DNA of 64,000 bases, from assembly GCF_006345805.1 (NCBI RefSeq), contig NC_043003.1, positions 5,332,001 through 5,396,000 of the forward strand. Reading direction: 5' to 3'. The DNA comes from Octopus sinensis. Taxonomy: Eukaryota. Position 1 is the first letter of the stretch, and each line of letters begins with the position of its first letter. Position numbers and translations under genes: made by a program. The notes beneath the pieces were generated by a model. That model ran no database searches. It saw only the letters and a program-made list of their open reading frames with translations, and was not told the origin of the DNA. Of this stretch, positions 1-13,537 are shown in pieces.

Positions 1-397
1 TATATGTATGTATATGTGTATATATATATATATGTATGTATATATATGCACAACTGTATGTTTGCACGCACAGACAGTGTGTATGTCTATGTGTGTGTAT
101 GTAAGTAACACGCAATCAAAGACGAGTTTGTACGTGTGTGTGTGTCTGTGTGTGGGTGGTGCGTGTTCAACAAATCTGTCTCTAATGGAATAGCTTGCTA
201 ATTTAAGTCCATTCTAATCCATACAAGTCAATTAGACACGACTGATAGAATAAACAAATAAAAACACAAACAAACTCCACACACACACACACTCACACAT
301 ACACATATATAAATGAACTGAAACGCATAAAGGTATATGCGTATGCATACGCATGCCAACGTACGCACACATACAAAAATACACACATATATACAGA

Positions 398-432
<35 letters not shown>

Positions 433-481
433 TATACATACATACATTATGTATATATTTATGTATATATATTTATGTATC

Positions 482-513
<32 letters not shown>

Positions 514-611
514 TATACATAAGTTATGTATGTATATGTATGTATGTATCTATGTATATGGGTGTATTTACATGTATATATATGTATACTCACACACGCA
601 CACACACACAC
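1..611. repeat. Compound (TA)n/(TG)n/(CA)n/(TATG)n microsatellite tract
   Basis: Directly visible simple repeats; the overlapping Y/I/C/V/H/T-rich ORFs are artefacts. Confidence 0.95.
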
Positions 612-1584
612 AGGTACACCATGTAAAGTCAAACCAATTGGCCCAGAGGCGATTGGTTCCTGACAAATTAAGAACAATAATTGGAAATATAAATCCTCAA
701 TGAAAATCAATAATATTATTCACTGAGGCCGTAATCAATCAGGTTTAGAAGTCGATAATTATCTCCATAAACTTGCACATACAATACAGCATACACAGCA
801 ACACCATCTCATATAAATACATATGTGTGTGTGTGTGTGTGTGTGTGTGTTCAGTCATACACCTGACGGGCTTCGCTTAATTATCATTTAGCGCAGGGAC
901 AAACCCGCCACCCATTTACTCCCACTGTGATTTCATTGATCAAACTTTGATCTTTTAGACACTGTGTATTTTATGTCTATACGTGGGTGCTGAGTGTGGA
1001 TAAGCGGTTAGCAATCAAGTTGTTGCACGTTCGATCCCGTGCTTAGCATCTTCCGTAATTTCGTCATCAGCTCAGCTCAGCACATGCGAGTGAAATGTCC
1101 AAATGGAAATTGTGTAGAAGCTCACTCAAATGACTGGCCTTGTCCCCCCACCACCATTCAGACCCAACACTCAGACAAATACGGGAGTACGTTCTTATAA
1201 ATGAAACTTCCCCAATATTAAATAGGAAATATACACAATAAATACCATACCTCCATACCCACAGTTTACACAGGTACAGTAGAATAGTTAGTGGACTGTT
1301 AGGTAGATAAATGTATGTATGTATGTATGTGGGTAGGCGTGTATGTGGGTATGTGTGTGAATGCCTTTTTTTTTTAATCATAATTTTTTTGTTATATTTT
1401 CTTATATTTCTTATTTCCTATATTTTTTTTATTTCTGTATGTAAGCATTTAGATATGTAAATAAACAGATCAATATGCAGACGGATAGGTACGTAGGTTA
1501 CAACAACAGACACATATGGAGACACGGATCCACACATATAAAGATGCGCATCCATACATACAAACATGGTACATAGCTGCATAA

Positions 1585-1619
<35 letters not shown>

Positions 1620-2042
1620 TACGCATACACAAGGAGACAGAGGTGCATACATATACAAACACACGCTCACACACACACATACATAGAAAATACACAAACA
1701 CAGACGGGCAAGCACATAAATATGCAGGATACACACATACAGATGCACACACATACATACATATGCATGCACACACATATATACATACACATGCAAGCAC
1801 ACACACACACACTGACCCACACACATGCGCACAAACAAACAAAAGGGAACGCAGTGTAAATAACGGACAGAGTCAAGACTATTGAAAAGGTTGCAAGACG
1901 CAACGAAAATTTTAGGAAAGAAAAAAACGAAATAAGTGTAAATTTTACTGGTAAGTATATTAAATAATAAGGTACTAAAAGAGAATGACTCTCCCCAGAC
2001 ACAACAGTATATATATATATCTATATATCTATATATATATAT

Positions 2043-2260
2043 AAAACATCTGTCATCCACTTTATTTATATTTTGCTCGCATTCAGCACTAATTAGGTGC
2101 GCTGCAATAAAGGTTTTCCTCTTTCCTTATATATATATATATATTATATATATATATATCTATATATTATATATAAAACATCTGTCATCCCTTTGATTTT
2201 ATATTTTGCTCGCATTCAGCACTAATTAGGTGCGCTGCAATAAAGGTTTTCCTCTTTCCT

Positions 2261-2261
<1 letters not shown>
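2043..2261. repeat. Tandem duplication of an ~86 bp unique segment separated by (TA)n
   Basis: aaaacatctgtcatcc...caataaaggttttcctctttcctt occurs at 2043-2128 and 2175-2261, differing by small indels. Confidence 0.9.
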
Positions 2262-2291
<30 letters not shown>

Positions 2292-2311
2292 ACATACATA
2301 CATACATACAA

Positions 2312-2342
<31 letters not shown>

Positions 2343-2769
2343 TGTATGTATGTATATGCGCATATATACATATGTGCATATATATATAATATTATATGCG
2401 CATATACATACATACATACAAATATGTATGTATGTATGTATATGCGCATACAAAAAAGTAACATCATTTCAAGGATACAACAATGCTAGGAATTGCATTG
2501 TGTCCAGGGTGTATAATAGCATCACGTGGTCTAGTTGATACAGTGATATTTATATGTGTGTATATATTTTTGCCTTCTCAGTCCCATCTTCCAATATCCA
2601 CTCCATTGTTTCCCGAGACAAAAAGGATGCCAACAGCAAAATCTTTATTCATCGGGAGCAGTAAAGCATGAAGCGCACTTAACTGCTTCAATGGGAATGC
2701 AATCTACTACAAAAAGCTCAAATAGACTCCATGAGAACTGCAGTGGATTCGCTTTTCATTTAGGGTCCA

Positions 2770-3060
2770 ACAGCATGGTTACAGCTTCCATGAAGAAAAC
2801 CCTAAGTGGCACATACACCAGATTGCTTTGTATCGTTCTACATATCATTTGGAATCAGCACAAGTCTATCAGAGAAATATTCCAAGACATCGCATGTGTC
2901 TTACAGACACAGTCTTTACATCACGCGTTAATCCCGCAGTGATTCCCTCAAGAGAGACCCTCCTTATGTCATGCTAACATACCAAGAAGATGACATTATA
3001 TCATCCTCCTAGATATGATTGGCACTCAGCTTGATCCTTCGACTTATTGCAAAAAGTTGA
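2770..3060 (+). mobile_element. Degenerate RTE-clade LINE 3' fragment
   Basis: Translation MKKTLSGTYTRLLCIVLHIIWNQHKSIREIF matches the RTE C-terminal pattern L.GTYTRLLR..L.I.W..H..N.E.Y. Confidence 0.65.
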
Positions 3061-4124
3061 TCTGATTGTCACTGGGTAGCGCGGGGTAGTACTGGCGAAA
3101 GAATAAATAAAGTGTAGCCAAGGTGATATGTCAAAAACGGCACTTCAGCTCAGGAACAAAATCTCATTTCTTTCAATCATCCTCCCAGCCTGCATTAATG
3201 ATACCCCATTTCCTTCTTCCTGGGGATATCGTCCCCTTGGAATTTTCTCTTAAATCATGTCTTTTGCACAAGTTTTGAGTTGTAACAGCTTCTAAGAATC
3301 ATTAACGGAATTAAGCTCACTAACCTAAGGGTGGATGGCATGCAAACACGATGAGCGCTGCTTCTTTCGCCAGCTTCACCATAGAAAATAAATTCTAGGA
3401 AATATGAAAGAATCGTTACCAGGAAATTTTGCATTAACCCTCCGAGTAATAAATAAACTCTGTATTAACAGTTATCGAACGGAGAACATAGAGGGCGCGG
3501 CAGTCAAAAATTAACGCCATATTTAGTACTGTGCTCATCTTGTTTTGGTCATCTTTCGTTGTCTTGGTCTGCGCCATTGATAGCACACAATCAGTAGCTA
3601 AAACCGTCAAGGGAGTGAGACAATTTCTTCAACTTGGGACTCCAAGTGCAGACTAGTTAGTAACAAGTTAATTATGGTTCTATTTCTAGACAACAACAGA
3701 AATTATTGGAGAACCAGATATGAAGATAATTAACATTTTACGATGAAACAACTCACATCTAATATCGTTCACTTTACAGCAAAAATATTGAATAGTTTCC
3801 AAGGTTTCTGACAGACACGGTTACTATGTTTAGTATGTGATGAAGGTGGAGGTGGTGGTGATGGTGGTGGAGATATTATTGTCGAAGTTCCTGTTGAAGT
3901 TGTTGACGTTGTTGTTTTTGATATTGCTGTCGTAACTGAAGGTGTTTTAATGTTTTCATGTTGTCGCTGGCGTTGGTTTGTCGGCGTTCTTTACCTCGTT
4001 TTGTTGAGTTTGTTGCAGTTGTTTGTATGTGATTATTGTTGTTGCTGCTGTTGTTGTTGAGCTGTAATGTTGCTGGGGTTGCGGTTGCTGCTACCGTTAT
4101 GTAGTTGTTGCAATTATCATTACA

Positions 4125-4322
4125 AAGGCGGTGAGCTGGCTGAATCGTCAGAGAATTTCTTTCAGCGCTTTACGTTCTGAGTTCAAATTCAACCGAGAAC
4201 AACTTTGCCCGTCATCCTTTCGAGGTCATCAAAATAAAGTGACAGTCAAGTATTGTGGTCAATCTAACAGACTAACCATCACCTCTCAAAATTGCTGGCC
4301 TTGTGCCAAAATTAGAAAGTAT
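4125..4322 (+). mobile_element. tRNA-headed SINE family A, degenerate
   Basis: ggcggtgagctggc head, B-box gagttcaaatt, central ctttgcc..tcatcctttcgaggtc domain, tail ggccttgtgcc..tagaaag. Confidence 0.8.
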
Positions 4323-5233
4323 TATTGCTGATATCATTGTTGTAGTAATGGATATAATTGGAGTTGTAGGTATTGGTATTGTTGTTATTGTTGCTGTTTT
4401 CTTGGTGTTCATTTGTCGTCAGGTGCCGCTCAAGGCCCCTTCCCAGTCGGGCATTTCAGGCTGTAGAAGTCCTATGCTAGGAATAGATAGAAAGCAGGAC
4501 TTCCAAAGAGGCGTGCAGAGCGACTAAACAGTACTGCACGCATCAGTACAGTGCCCGGAATCAGCTGACTTGCAGAGTAATATGGAAGAGCTGCTGAAGT
4601 GTGCAGGGCAAATCTGAATATCAGCAGAATACTTCACTGGGATTTCCCTACCATTCATCTTTCACAAGGCAGGGCAGGTCGTGTCCCACTGTTAAGTGAG
4701 AAAGAGGTTGTGTAGTAGACAAGGCTGAAACGATTGACGATGACGCCATCTTCTTCGGTCAAATCCACATCGATTTTTATTTTCAAGCTCCCCTTGCAAA
4801 GAAAATAAAAGGGTGGAGTGCGGAATGCTATTTGCAGTGAATTCGTAAAAAATATGGATAACAGAGGAGAAAATGGTACGAGTGAATGGCCCCACTCTAA
4901 GCATAAACTTGTAGATTAGAGAACCAGGGTTGGGCAAAGGGTACGTGGTTTTGCCGGACAGGGTAGTCCTGTACTGGTGGGGTTCCTTGATTGACCTTTG
5001 TTGACGTTTCTCCCGTACAAGAACTGCGTCATTTATGTTATCACCTACTTTGTATACGATAGATACATTTATAGCATTTGACCCTCTTTTCCACTTCTTT
5101 CCCCTCATCTTTTATGTAAACCCCTACGCACTTTGTAGACTGTCCTTGTGATGTACCCCTGGTCTATGCAGTTGCGGTAAATAAAAGAAATCATCATCCT
5201 CATCATTATTACACTTATTATAATATACATACA

Positions 5234-5264
<31 letters not shown>

Positions 5265-5274
5265 TCTCTCTCTT

Positions 5275-5492
5275 TCTCTTTTACTTGTTTCAGTCATTTG
5301 ACTGCGGCCATGCTGGAGCACCGCCTTTGGTCGAGCAAATCGAGCCCGGGACTTATTCTTTGTAAGCCCAGTACTTATTCTATCGGTCTCATTTGCCGAA
5401 GCGCTAAGTAACGGGGACATAAACTCACCAGCATCGGTTGTCAAGCAATGCTAGGGGGACAAACACAGACACACAAACACATACACGCACAT

Positions 5493-5534
<42 letters not shown>

Positions 5535-5695
5535 CATGACAGGCTTCTTTCAGTTTCCATCTATCAAATCCACTCACAAGGCTTTGGTCGGCCTGAGGCT
5601 ATAGCAGAAGACAGTGCCCAAGATGCCACGCAGTGGGACTGAACCGGAACCATGTGGCTGGTTAGCAAGCTACTTACAACGGAGCCACTCCTGCG

Positions 5696-5697
<2 letters not shown>
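5275..5697 (-). mobile_element. SINE family B (CORE-type, OR1/OR2-like), full length with internal microsatellite
   Basis: Minus strand reads ggcgcaggagtggct head, B-box-like ggttcagtccc, CORE-like gtggcatcttgggca, internal TA/TG tract, tail gctccagcatggccgcagtcaaatgactgaaacaagtaaaaga. Confidence 0.9.
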
Positions 5698-5744
<47 letters not shown>

Positions 5745-5900
5745 TATAATATAATATAATTATGAGAACATGTAAACCTTTTATAAAGATAGTTTTATCC
5801 ATATTACACTGGTTTAATATATCATAATTTGATATATCATAATATAAAATTCTTCAAAAAATATATTATATAAAAATATGAAATATTATTAAATATAAAC

Positions 5901-6168
5901 ATGGTGAGATATAATGAATATAAATTCATTTTTAATTAACTAACATTGCCTACAAACGTTTCAATTTACAGTTAAATACAAATTACAACATATATATTAA
6001 AAAATAGTTTTGCATTTTTTAAACATTTTGAGAGAAATATCTTCAGGGCAAAAAGGACATTACGGAATTTAAATGTATTATATATATTTTGTAATTTGCA
6101 TTGAGTGTAAATTGAAACGATTGTAGGCGATTTTAATTGAAAATTAATTTATATCCACATCTCTTCAT
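5901..6168. mobile_element. Inverted pair of Penelope-like pLTR remnants with a hammerhead-like motif
   Basis: Arms 5901-5997 and 6080-6168 are reverse-complementary; minus strand 6049-5948 reads gcc-CTGAAGA-(~77 nt)-GAAA-cgtttg-TA-ggc. Confidence 0.6.
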
Positions 6169-6189
6169 TTTCTTAATAATAATAATAAC

Positions 6190-6238
<49 letters not shown>

Positions 6239-6239
6239 G

Positions 6240-6634
6240 CTTTTACTTGTTTCAGTCATTGACTGTGGCCATGGTGGAGCATCGCCTTTAGTCGAGCATA
6301 TTGGCCCCAGCACTTATTCTTTGTAAGCTTAGTACTTATTCTATCGGTCTCTTTTGCCGAACCGCTAAGTTACGAAGACGTAAACACGCCAGCATCGTTT
6401 GGCAAGCGATGTTTCGGGGACAAAGACAGACATACAAACATTCACACACATATATATATATATGCATATATACGACGAGCTTCTTTCAGTTTCCGTCTAC
6501 AAAATCCACTCACAAGGTATTGGTCGGTCCGAGGCTATAGTGAAGACACTTGCCCATGGTGCCACGCAGTGGTACTGAACCCGGAACCATGTGGTTGCTA
6601 AGCAAGCTATTTACCACACAAATACTCCTGCGCC
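6240..6634 (-). mobile_element. SINE family B, full length
   Basis: Same bipartite head/CORE/microsatellite/tail structure as 5275-5697. Confidence 0.9.
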
Positions 6635-7029
6635 TATATATATATATATATATGTGTGTGTATAAATATATTAGTGTCGTTGATATCCTTGAACTAAAGT
6701 ATCAAACACTACCGTTGTAGTGCCCTTATGCACGTGGCATGTTACGGCTGATAAACGAACGTGTATCCCTGGTGCCCGTTGCAGCACAATTCATTTAAGG
6801 GAGTGTTGTTGACCTATACAGAAAGCATACTCGCTTGCACAACTATTGGAGATGAAATAGAGAATCTTGTTAATAAGTCCTGCATTTCTATCCGCAATCA
6901 TTCGACTGCAGCTCATATATTTAAGAGAGCCCTGCTACTAAGCACTGACAAAATCCCTAAATTGTTTTTGGGAATATAACACGATATTTATATAAAATAT
7001 AAGGCAAAAGGAGAAAGGCAGACACACAC

Positions 7030-7083
<54 letters not shown>

Positions 7084-7096
7084 ATGTGTGTGTGTG

Positions 7097-7153
<57 letters not shown>

Positions 7154-7789
7154 AAGATTGATAGCTATATGTATATATATCTGTGGATGTATGAATGGGT
7201 GTGTATGAGTGTGAGGGGTGTGTGCGTGTGTGTATATGTGTATATGTGCGCCCGTACGTGTCTGTCTGTGTGTGTTAGTTCATATCAATAAGTATTCACA
7301 AAAACGTTGCAATCTTCTCATATTTTAAAAGTTTCTCATTCACAGAAATGGCCGTTAAGGGACACATCGTTTCTTTGCCTCATCTCTGTATAAAGACAGC
7401 AACAAGAAGAACGCCAAAAGACCAATAAACAAAACACTGCAAGAATGGAATCGTGAAGTTGGTGTGAATATTTCAGTAAAACTCTAGTGTAATGTAGAAA
7501 ATGAAATAAATTGATTTGGTCTTTAGATCTTTTGATTCCGTTCGGAATTCATAACAAACAAATACGAAGTGAATATGTAAATATATAAATAGATATTATG
7601 TCAACTATTTCACTGAAATATAAATAGTTTCAGCTGTTTTGTGCTTTCCCCAGATCTGTGAATATTATAGAATGTTCGGTAACTAAGCATATTTCGTATT
7701 ATTGTTACTAAGCTGCTGCTGCTGTTCTGCTGTTCCTGCTACTGCTGCCGCCACTGCCAGAGGTCCGAACGTTACAGAATAATGGTAAT

Positions 7790-7972
7790 TCTAATATTGG
7801 CCCAAGGCCCGTCATTTTGAGACCCAAGTAATTGACTGGTATATTATTGCCTCCAAATCGATGAAAGGCACAGTTGATGTCCGTGAAATTTGAAGTAGAA
7901 TCATAAAAAGTGGGAAGAAATTCTGCTAGTCGTTTCCTCCGACGCTTTAACGATTTTACCAACACTTCGCCT
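7790..7972 (-). mobile_element. SINE family A, old degenerate copy
   Basis: actggtat...gatgaaaggcacagttga...atttgaa...aacgattttaccaacacttcgcct aligns to the family A reverse complement. Confidence 0.6.
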
Positions 7973-7994
7973 GAACAACAACAAAAACAATAAT

Positions 7995-8391
7995 CTTTTC
8001 TATTAAAGGAACAAAGCCTGAAATTTCTGGAGAGGGGAATAGCCGATTACATCGACTCCAGTACGCAACTGGTACTTAATTTATCAGCCCCGAAAGGAAA
8101 ATAAGGCAAAGTCATTCTCGGCGGAAATTGAACTGAGAACGCAACGGCAGACGAAATACCTATTTCTTTACCACCCACAAGGGGCTAAACACAAATGACA
8201 AACAAGGACAGACAAACGGATTAAGTCGATTATATCGACCCCAGTGTGTAACTGGTACTTATTTAATCGACCCCGAAAGGATGAAAGGCAAAGTCGACCT
8301 CGGCGGAATTTGAACTCAGAACGTAGCGGCAGACGAAATACCGCTAAGCATTTCGCCCGGCGTGCTAACGATTCTGCCAGCTCGCCGCCTT
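7995..8391 (-). mobile_element. Dimeric SINE family A
   Basis: Two tandem copies of the central domain joined at gacgaaatacc|tatttcttta; the same junction occurs at 36651-37046. Confidence 0.9.
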
Positions 8392-8489
8392 AATGCTAAT
8401 AATAATCCTTTCTACTGCAGGCATAAGACCTGGAATTTGGGGAAAGAGATTAATTCAATTACAGCGACTCCAGAGCTAATAATAACCTG

Positions 8490-9147
8490 ATATAGGGCGA
8501 GTGAGGGCTGCAGGCTGGACCAAAAGCAAAACAAAAAGGAGACATGATAACGTGGATAAGTTTGTTCACTGAAGGCTTTGTGGACAGAGCAGGGAAATAG
8601 TACGAACATGAACCTGAAGGAGTCACCGAGGACAATGAATACAAGATACTGTGCGATATTACAATCCAATGTGACTCCCTAATCGATTTTCGGAGATCAG
8701 ACATTGATGTGGTGGATAAAGAAAAAAGGAAACCAAGATCATAGTTATTGCCATATCTGGGGATGCATGCGGAGATAGGAGAGAGAGGAAAAAAATGGAG
8801 AAATACAGATTACTAAAAGACGAAACTGCAAGAATATGGGCAATGAAGAGGGGTAACTGTTTTCCTCATAGTTGTAGGTGTATTCGGGGCACGAACAACC
8901 AGATTCGAGAAATATTTCGGAGAAATTGGAATTGACATGATGGCAGAGCAGACCCCAAAACTGCTGTATTGTGAACAGCTAGGATTTTGATGTTGGTGCT
9001 CGGGTGTTGAGTGTCTTCCGCGATAGGTTAACATACTGGTATCAAGGTTTATAATTTGTAGAAAGAGACCCTGTGAGACAGTTGACAAAAGTTGCTGTCC
9101 GCTCTCACAGAATCAAGAACACAATACCAAGAGCTCTAATAATAATA

Positions 9148-9193
<46 letters not shown>
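8490..9193 (+). mobile_element. R4/Dong-like LINE 3' end (restriction-like endonuclease) with (TAA)n tail, pseudogenised
   Basis: Translates with stops and frameshifts to KRRHDNV..YEHEPEGV..KILCDITIQCD..RRSDI.VVDK..EKMEKY.LLKDE.ARIW..IVVGVFG..TARIL, ending in (TAA)n at 9137-9193. Confidence 0.88.
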
Positions 9194-9194
<1 letters not shown>

Positions 9195-9301
9195 GAGTAA
9201 CCATCAGAGCATCACAACAAATCACAGCACATACCCAAGGCACACAGAGCTGCGCTCGATAGTGAAGTGAAAGTACGATATAAAAATAAAACTACTGAAT
9301 G

Positions 9302-9364
<63 letters not shown>

Positions 9365-9640
9365 TAATAATGATAATAATAATTATAATAATAAAAATAG
9401 AAATCAAGGATACAGTTGTCAGAAATCATCAAGAGGCCTTCTATTCGATGTAACAATTCCGAGAGATGACAAAGTATCACTAAAAGTAACTGAGAAACTC
9501 ACACAATACAAAGATCTCGAAATAGAGATAACCTGAATGTGGAGCCTAAAAACAGAAAGACTCTGTATAAAAATAAGTGACAGACAAATACATAACCAAA
9601 ACACCAGGACTTACGGATATATATAACATACAGGAAATTT
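9194..9640 (+). mobile_element. Stacked R4/Dong-like fragments (probable 3'UTR, (TAA)n, RLE fragment)
   Basis: 9400-9640 reads LLFDVTIPRDDKVSLKVTEKLTQYKDLEIEIT*MWSLKTE; (TAA)n at 9302-9392. Confidence 0.78.
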
Positions 9641-10588
9641 TTGTAGATATGAGCATCTTCTAAGACTCGCTGATGTCAAATAGGTTTTTAATCTAAGTGA
9701 AGACGAACACGAATTAAACATTTTGATAGAAACGATATCCAGAATATGGAGCAAAGGAGAGGATCAAATTATCTCTATAGACATAATCCTAATGAACCAC
9801 AAAATACATTTAGTCGACGTTATTTGAAATGACATAATTAACTTTTAAAATTAATTAAAATGTTGAATTTAATTCATCCCGAAACATTTACGTAGGAACC
9901 ACTATGGGGTTGCCTCTTCTGCAAGAAACAATAGCTGACCGTTTCTAAAATCATGTCCAATTACTGTAAATGGAGAAACGAGATAGAATAGCATGGGTTG
10001 AGAAGGATTAAGACTGAATAAATATGAGATTAACATGAGCTGATTATATTGGATTAACGGTGTGATAGATCACAGCTGACTGAGGGCAAGGCAGACACCA
10101 ATAAGGAAAGGCACGATAGGAGATAGAGTTATCGATACACTACGAAAGGCACATTAAGGTGTGACGGTCACGGCTGGATCACTTTTGATCATAGATTCTT
10201 ATCAATCATGTTTGATGAATAGTACAACCACCACCACAAAGAAAGATTGGTGCTACTACTACTATTACTACTACTGCTGCTGCTACCGCTGCTACTGCAG
10301 TGGAGGTAGCCAAGATATCTAACAAAGGTGTGAGTGTTTGGTATATCAAATGTTTATAAATAATTAAAATGATTATTCCACTGTTTCTGTTCACGGTTCA
10401 CTTGAATAGTTAAACTGAAAGACAAATATTTGCTTTCGTATTTTCAACTCACTTCATGTTGTTTAATATTAGAGGATATATATATATATGTATGTACGTA
10501 TGTATGTATACATGTGTGTGTGTGTGAGTAAACGCGGATACGGTGACAAAAAACTCAAACATAAATGTATACAAGTATGTATGTGTGC

Positions 10589-10619
<31 letters not shown>

Positions 10620-10971
10620 GACACTTATACACACACATATTTAAAAATGGCGTATGTGTGTAAGGAATTGTGTGATGTGCAGAATATCATAGACGATAAA
10701 CTCATTCTATTAAAATTTGCCTGACAGACAGATTCTAACAGAATTTTTAATACATTCGGTCCTCATCCTCCACAGAAGTCAGTACATCAGTCCTTTACAG
10801 GTATTTTTATCGAACCTTATATGCCACAGGTCCATTGAAGATATTTCTTCAAATTTCTTTTTTAATTATAATTTACTAATTATTTCCTGGTTTATGATAT
10901 ACTGAGCTAATTTATATATACACACCTGATGAATCGTACTCCTCCCATTTGTCTCGAGTTTTTTCCTTCAA

Positions 10972-11050
<79 letters not shown>

Positions 11051-11308
11051 GAGCGAGGGGGGAGAGAGAGATACCAATGTATGTTTATCTATCTATCTAT
11101 ACATAAATAAATATCGTACATATTCGTTTACTTGTTTATATATATATATATATTAATTAGAAGAAATGAGGTAATCAGAAGATCGGATGGTTCATATTTA
11201 TAGATATTTATTTATATATTACATTTTTTACATATATATATCATATCATTCAGATCATCATTCAGATTATTAGCGCTTTCTCCCATTCTAGTGGGGTTTT
11301 CAAATCAA

Positions 11309-11339
<31 letters not shown>

Positions 11340-12167
11340 CACACACACATTCATACACACATTATCTTTTATATTATTATTTGATTGAACGCCATGCATC
11401 CATTTCCAAGTTTATATATATATATATATATTATGTATGTATATATGCGTGTGTATATGTGTATATTTATGTGTGTATAGATGTGTAGCGCATGTGTATG
11501 CATGTAGGTAGGTATGGATGGATGGATGGATGTACAGTTTACGAATATTAAATGTGTAAACCTGGATGATTCACTGAGAGATTACCTGCGTCGTGGTGTG
11601 CAGGCTGAATCCTTCCTTAACAGATGAACATTGAAACTATGACACGGAATATGGAATCAGAGATGGACAGGGATAGAAAAAACAAAGAAAAAAGGCATCG
11701 CTTCTTCAATCTTCTGTTTGTTAAATCCTAGAAAATCCAAAGTGAAACGCTTCCAATGGCAAATCGAGGAATAACGCAATCCTGTAGCCTTATATACACT
11801 CTGAATGAAAGGTTGGACGGTCACGGATGGAAGGTTACATCGACTGAATACATATCCACCCACAGAAATATTTTATATGCCTGCATCTATATTTGATCCT
11901 TATGTGTGTATGTGTGTGTAAATAAAAACACACACACATGTATGTATGTATGTGTAATATGTGTGTGTGTGTGTTTTTTGTACTTGTTTCAGCTATTAGA
12001 CTGCAACCATGGTGGTACATGGCGTCGAAACATTTTATAATTGAATGAATAAATCGCAGTACTTATTAAATCTCTTCTTTTTGCCAAACTGCTAAGTTAG
12101 TGGGAAGTAATCGGGTGTCAAGCAGTGATGGCAGACGATCGTAGATACAAAGGTACACACATTTACA

Positions 12168-12212
<45 letters not shown>

Positions 12213-12317
12213 ATTGCTAAAAACGGTAAGATAGCAAAAGAAAGAAAGAGACCTTAATATTATGTAAATAGAGAATTTATATGTAAAAGTAATATGTGAC
12301 AATTATTCGGTAGCTAA

Positions 12318-12378
12318 GATAAAACTCTGAGTTTCGGATGCTGAGGTGGAAATCCACACCACAATCTCTTCAGTTACC
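12318..12378 (-). ncRNA. Type I hammerhead ribozyme motif
   Basis: ggtaa-CTGAAGA-gattg..gtggatttccac..catcc-GAAA-ctcagag-TT-ttatc: stem I ggtaa/ttatc, intact core, short stem III. Confidence 0.75.
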
Positions 12379-12543
12379 CGAACATTCATAACAACCAAAT
12401 ATTCATTCAAATTTCTTCTTGTCAAACGTCTTTAAAAGCAAATAAAATGGAATCATAAGATGCGATGGACTGAGCTAGAAGCTCATTGACGCCAGTGCTT
12501 AGTTCAAACGAGGACATACGTACACCATATCGCATAATGGCCG

Positions 12544-12604
12544 GATAACTGAAGAGATGGTGGTGTGGATTTCCACCTCGGCATCCGAAAGTCAGAGTTT
12601 TATC
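12544..12604 (+). ncRNA. Type I hammerhead ribozyme motif (inverted partner)
   Basis: gataa-CTGAAGA-gatg..gtggatttccac..catcc-GAAA-gtcagag-TT-ttatc; one stem III mismatch. Confidence 0.7.
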
Positions 12605-12647
12605 TTGGCTACCGAATAATTGTCACATATTACTTTTACAGATATAC

Positions 12648-12687
<40 letters not shown>

Positions 12688-12894
12688 CATACATATACGA
12701 CGGGCTTCCTTCAGGATCCATTACCAAATCTACGCACAAGTGATTGGTAGATCGGAGAAACTATAGGAGAAAACACTTGCTAAGGTGAGTGACACGCAGT
12801 GAGACTGAACCTGGAACCATGTAGTTGCGAAGCAAACCTCTTGCTATAATGTCACGTCTGCCCCTACGTCTATGCAAATCCACATGTGTATATA

Positions 12895-12927
<33 letters not shown>

Positions 12928-13317
12928 AGTACATATATAAACATTAGGGCGTGTTTCTTATCGTTTCTTAAATGCTTAATATATGTGGAAAGAAATCAAT
13001 ATTTATCGAAGGAATATCAAACAAAATTGTTTAGTTAAATTTAACCTGTCACTATCCAAAGGCTAGAATATTATATGTTGCCATTCTGTGTACACAGCAC
13101 AGTAAATATTTATTTTAAATAGTAACCGAAACCTGTCTGTAATATAGCAATACTAACAATGAAGATATTGATGAGACATTATTGCCAGGGGGAGAACAGA
13201 GATATCTACTTCATCAACACATGACCCTACGTTTGGGACTCGTCGTGGTATCTTCATCTCCTGGTAATAACAGCCAGGAAATATTCATTCAAATCTCTTC
13301 TCGTCAAACGTCTTTAA

Positions 13318-13537
13318 CCCTTTAGTTTTTAAACCGGCCATATCAGGCCAAAATTGTCTTCCTGTTTTATTCTCAAACCAGCCAGCTCTGACTTCTCACA
13401 CCTACCCTACAAAGTCATTCTAAAAATAAACAGGGACATCATCAATATTCCAGAGTTACAAGTTGCTGTACAATTAATTTAAAATTATGTAATTAAACAG
13501 GCTTTACGTTTGACAGAGTAATCAGAATGGTAAAGGG
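13318..13537. mobile_element. piggyBac-type MITE with TTAA target-site duplication
   Basis: TTAA(13314-17)|CCCTTTA...TAAAGGG|TTAA(13538-41); a paralogous empty site with a single TTAA lies at 12432-12435. Confidence 0.92.

Larger units (their letters stand above)
12213..12645. mobile_element. Penelope-like inverted pLTR pair with a captured spacer
   Basis: ~100 bp inverted arms at 12278-12380 and 12542-12645, each with a hammerhead; flanked by (TA)n. Confidence 0.8.
11978..12865 (-). mobile_element. Degenerate SINE family B interrupted at its internal (TA)n by a Penelope-like insertion
   Basis: Tail half at about 11978-12160, head half at about 12696-12865, with the 12213-12645 element between them. 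Confidence 0.7.

Noticed and set aside
613-780. Cluster of homeodomain-like sites (taatcaatca, CCAAT)
   Set aside because: Short AT-rich motifs are expected by chance here; conservation data would be needed.
984-1050. tRNA-like segment with B-box gttcgatccc; similar at 55741-55810 (minus)
   Set aside because: No cloverleaf can be built; more likely decayed SINE heads.
4420-5200. GC-richer stretch with ORF 4692-5108
   Set aside because: No recognisable domain, splice structure or paralog in the window.
11265-11312. Hammerhead-like remnant on the minus strand (cccactagaatggg-a-GAAA-gcgc-TA)
   Set aside because: The core reads TTGAAAA and stem I is not convincing; too decayed to call, though possibly a relic.
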